This document shows positions 63,889 through 64,000 of a stretch of DNA of 64,000 nucleotides, in pieces. The stretch lies in assembly GCA_018065565.1 (NCBI GenBank), contig JAGHSZ010000015.1, forward strand, positions 1,162 through 65,161. The letters are read 5' to 3'. The stretch comes from Candidatus Colivivens caballi (GTDB lineage: Bacteria; Bacteroidota; Bacteroidia; Bacteroidales; Bacteroidaceae). The position numbers were made by a program, and so were the translations under genes. How positions within the stretch are numbered: the stretch's first letter is position 1; every line of letters begins with the position of its first letter. Below the pieces are notes generated by a model, which did no database searches, was not told the DNA's origin, and saw only the letters and a list, made by a program, of their open reading frames with translations.

Positions 63889-64000
63889 CGAATTAATATG
63901 GAAAATAGAGTCCTCATAAGGGAAATATATGCATGTTTTATGCAATAATGTCTATTTGCTTATGAGTTTGCGAAGTGTAAAATACAAATATTCAGTTATA

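Overview
This 64-kb chromosomal segment looks like a Bacteroidota genome (Bacteroidales, Prevotella-like). Most operons are preceded by the Bacteroidetes -7 promoter element TAnnTTTG. The gene set includes BamD-RpoZ-DUF4293, PPi-dependent PFK, DUF4296-LspA-IleS and Hpt-Adk-Obg. Layout: (i) 1-5.2 kb is a visibly AT-rich defence islet. It holds a McrB-like GTPase, a McrC-like nuclease and a translationally coupled single-HKD PLD nuclease, then a separately transcribed wHTH-AAA+ ATPase. (ii) 5.2-21.3 kb is a Wzx/Wzy-type capsule/EPS locus: initiating sugar transferase, Wza-like exporter, Wzz, Wzx, TupA-like ATP-grasp, Wzy, GT4, WbsX-like, GT4, a divergent GT2+GH16 pair, and MBOAT plus a DltD-like partner. 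(iii) 21.5-56 kb is mostly housekeeping: DASS transporter + ATP-grasp ligase, fused NfnAB-like oxidoreductase, serS, AICAR transformylase, obg-adk-hpt, bamD-rpoZ, nitroreductase, kdsC, maf, GH3, lspA, ileS, pyrBI, pfp, GH25, MltF-like, SGNH esterase, tRNA-Arg(CCG) and pgm. (iv) 56.2-61.2 kb is a GC-richer four-gene envelope cluster: large polytopic membrane protein, beta-propeller protein with a CxxCH motif, lipoprotein and SGNH hydrolase. It is followed by a DsbD_2-like membrane protein and a YidE/YbjL-type transporter. I saw no rRNA, CRISPR, transposase or integrase. The most unusual non-genic signal is a family of intergenic tandem arrays with a shared 21-22-bp period but unrelated unit sequences, and most units contain a short dyad. 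They lie at 7792-7854, 22294-22491, 32118-32533 (three different arrays back to back) and 55999-56064. One array has DnaA-box-like TGTGGAT(A/G)C cores. The best candidates for something undescribed are the McrBC+PLD(+AAA) module, the 22-bp array family, and the membrane-protein/beta-propeller/lipoprotein/SGNH cluster. All functional calls come from motif and family recognition by eye; no database search or numerical computation was run.
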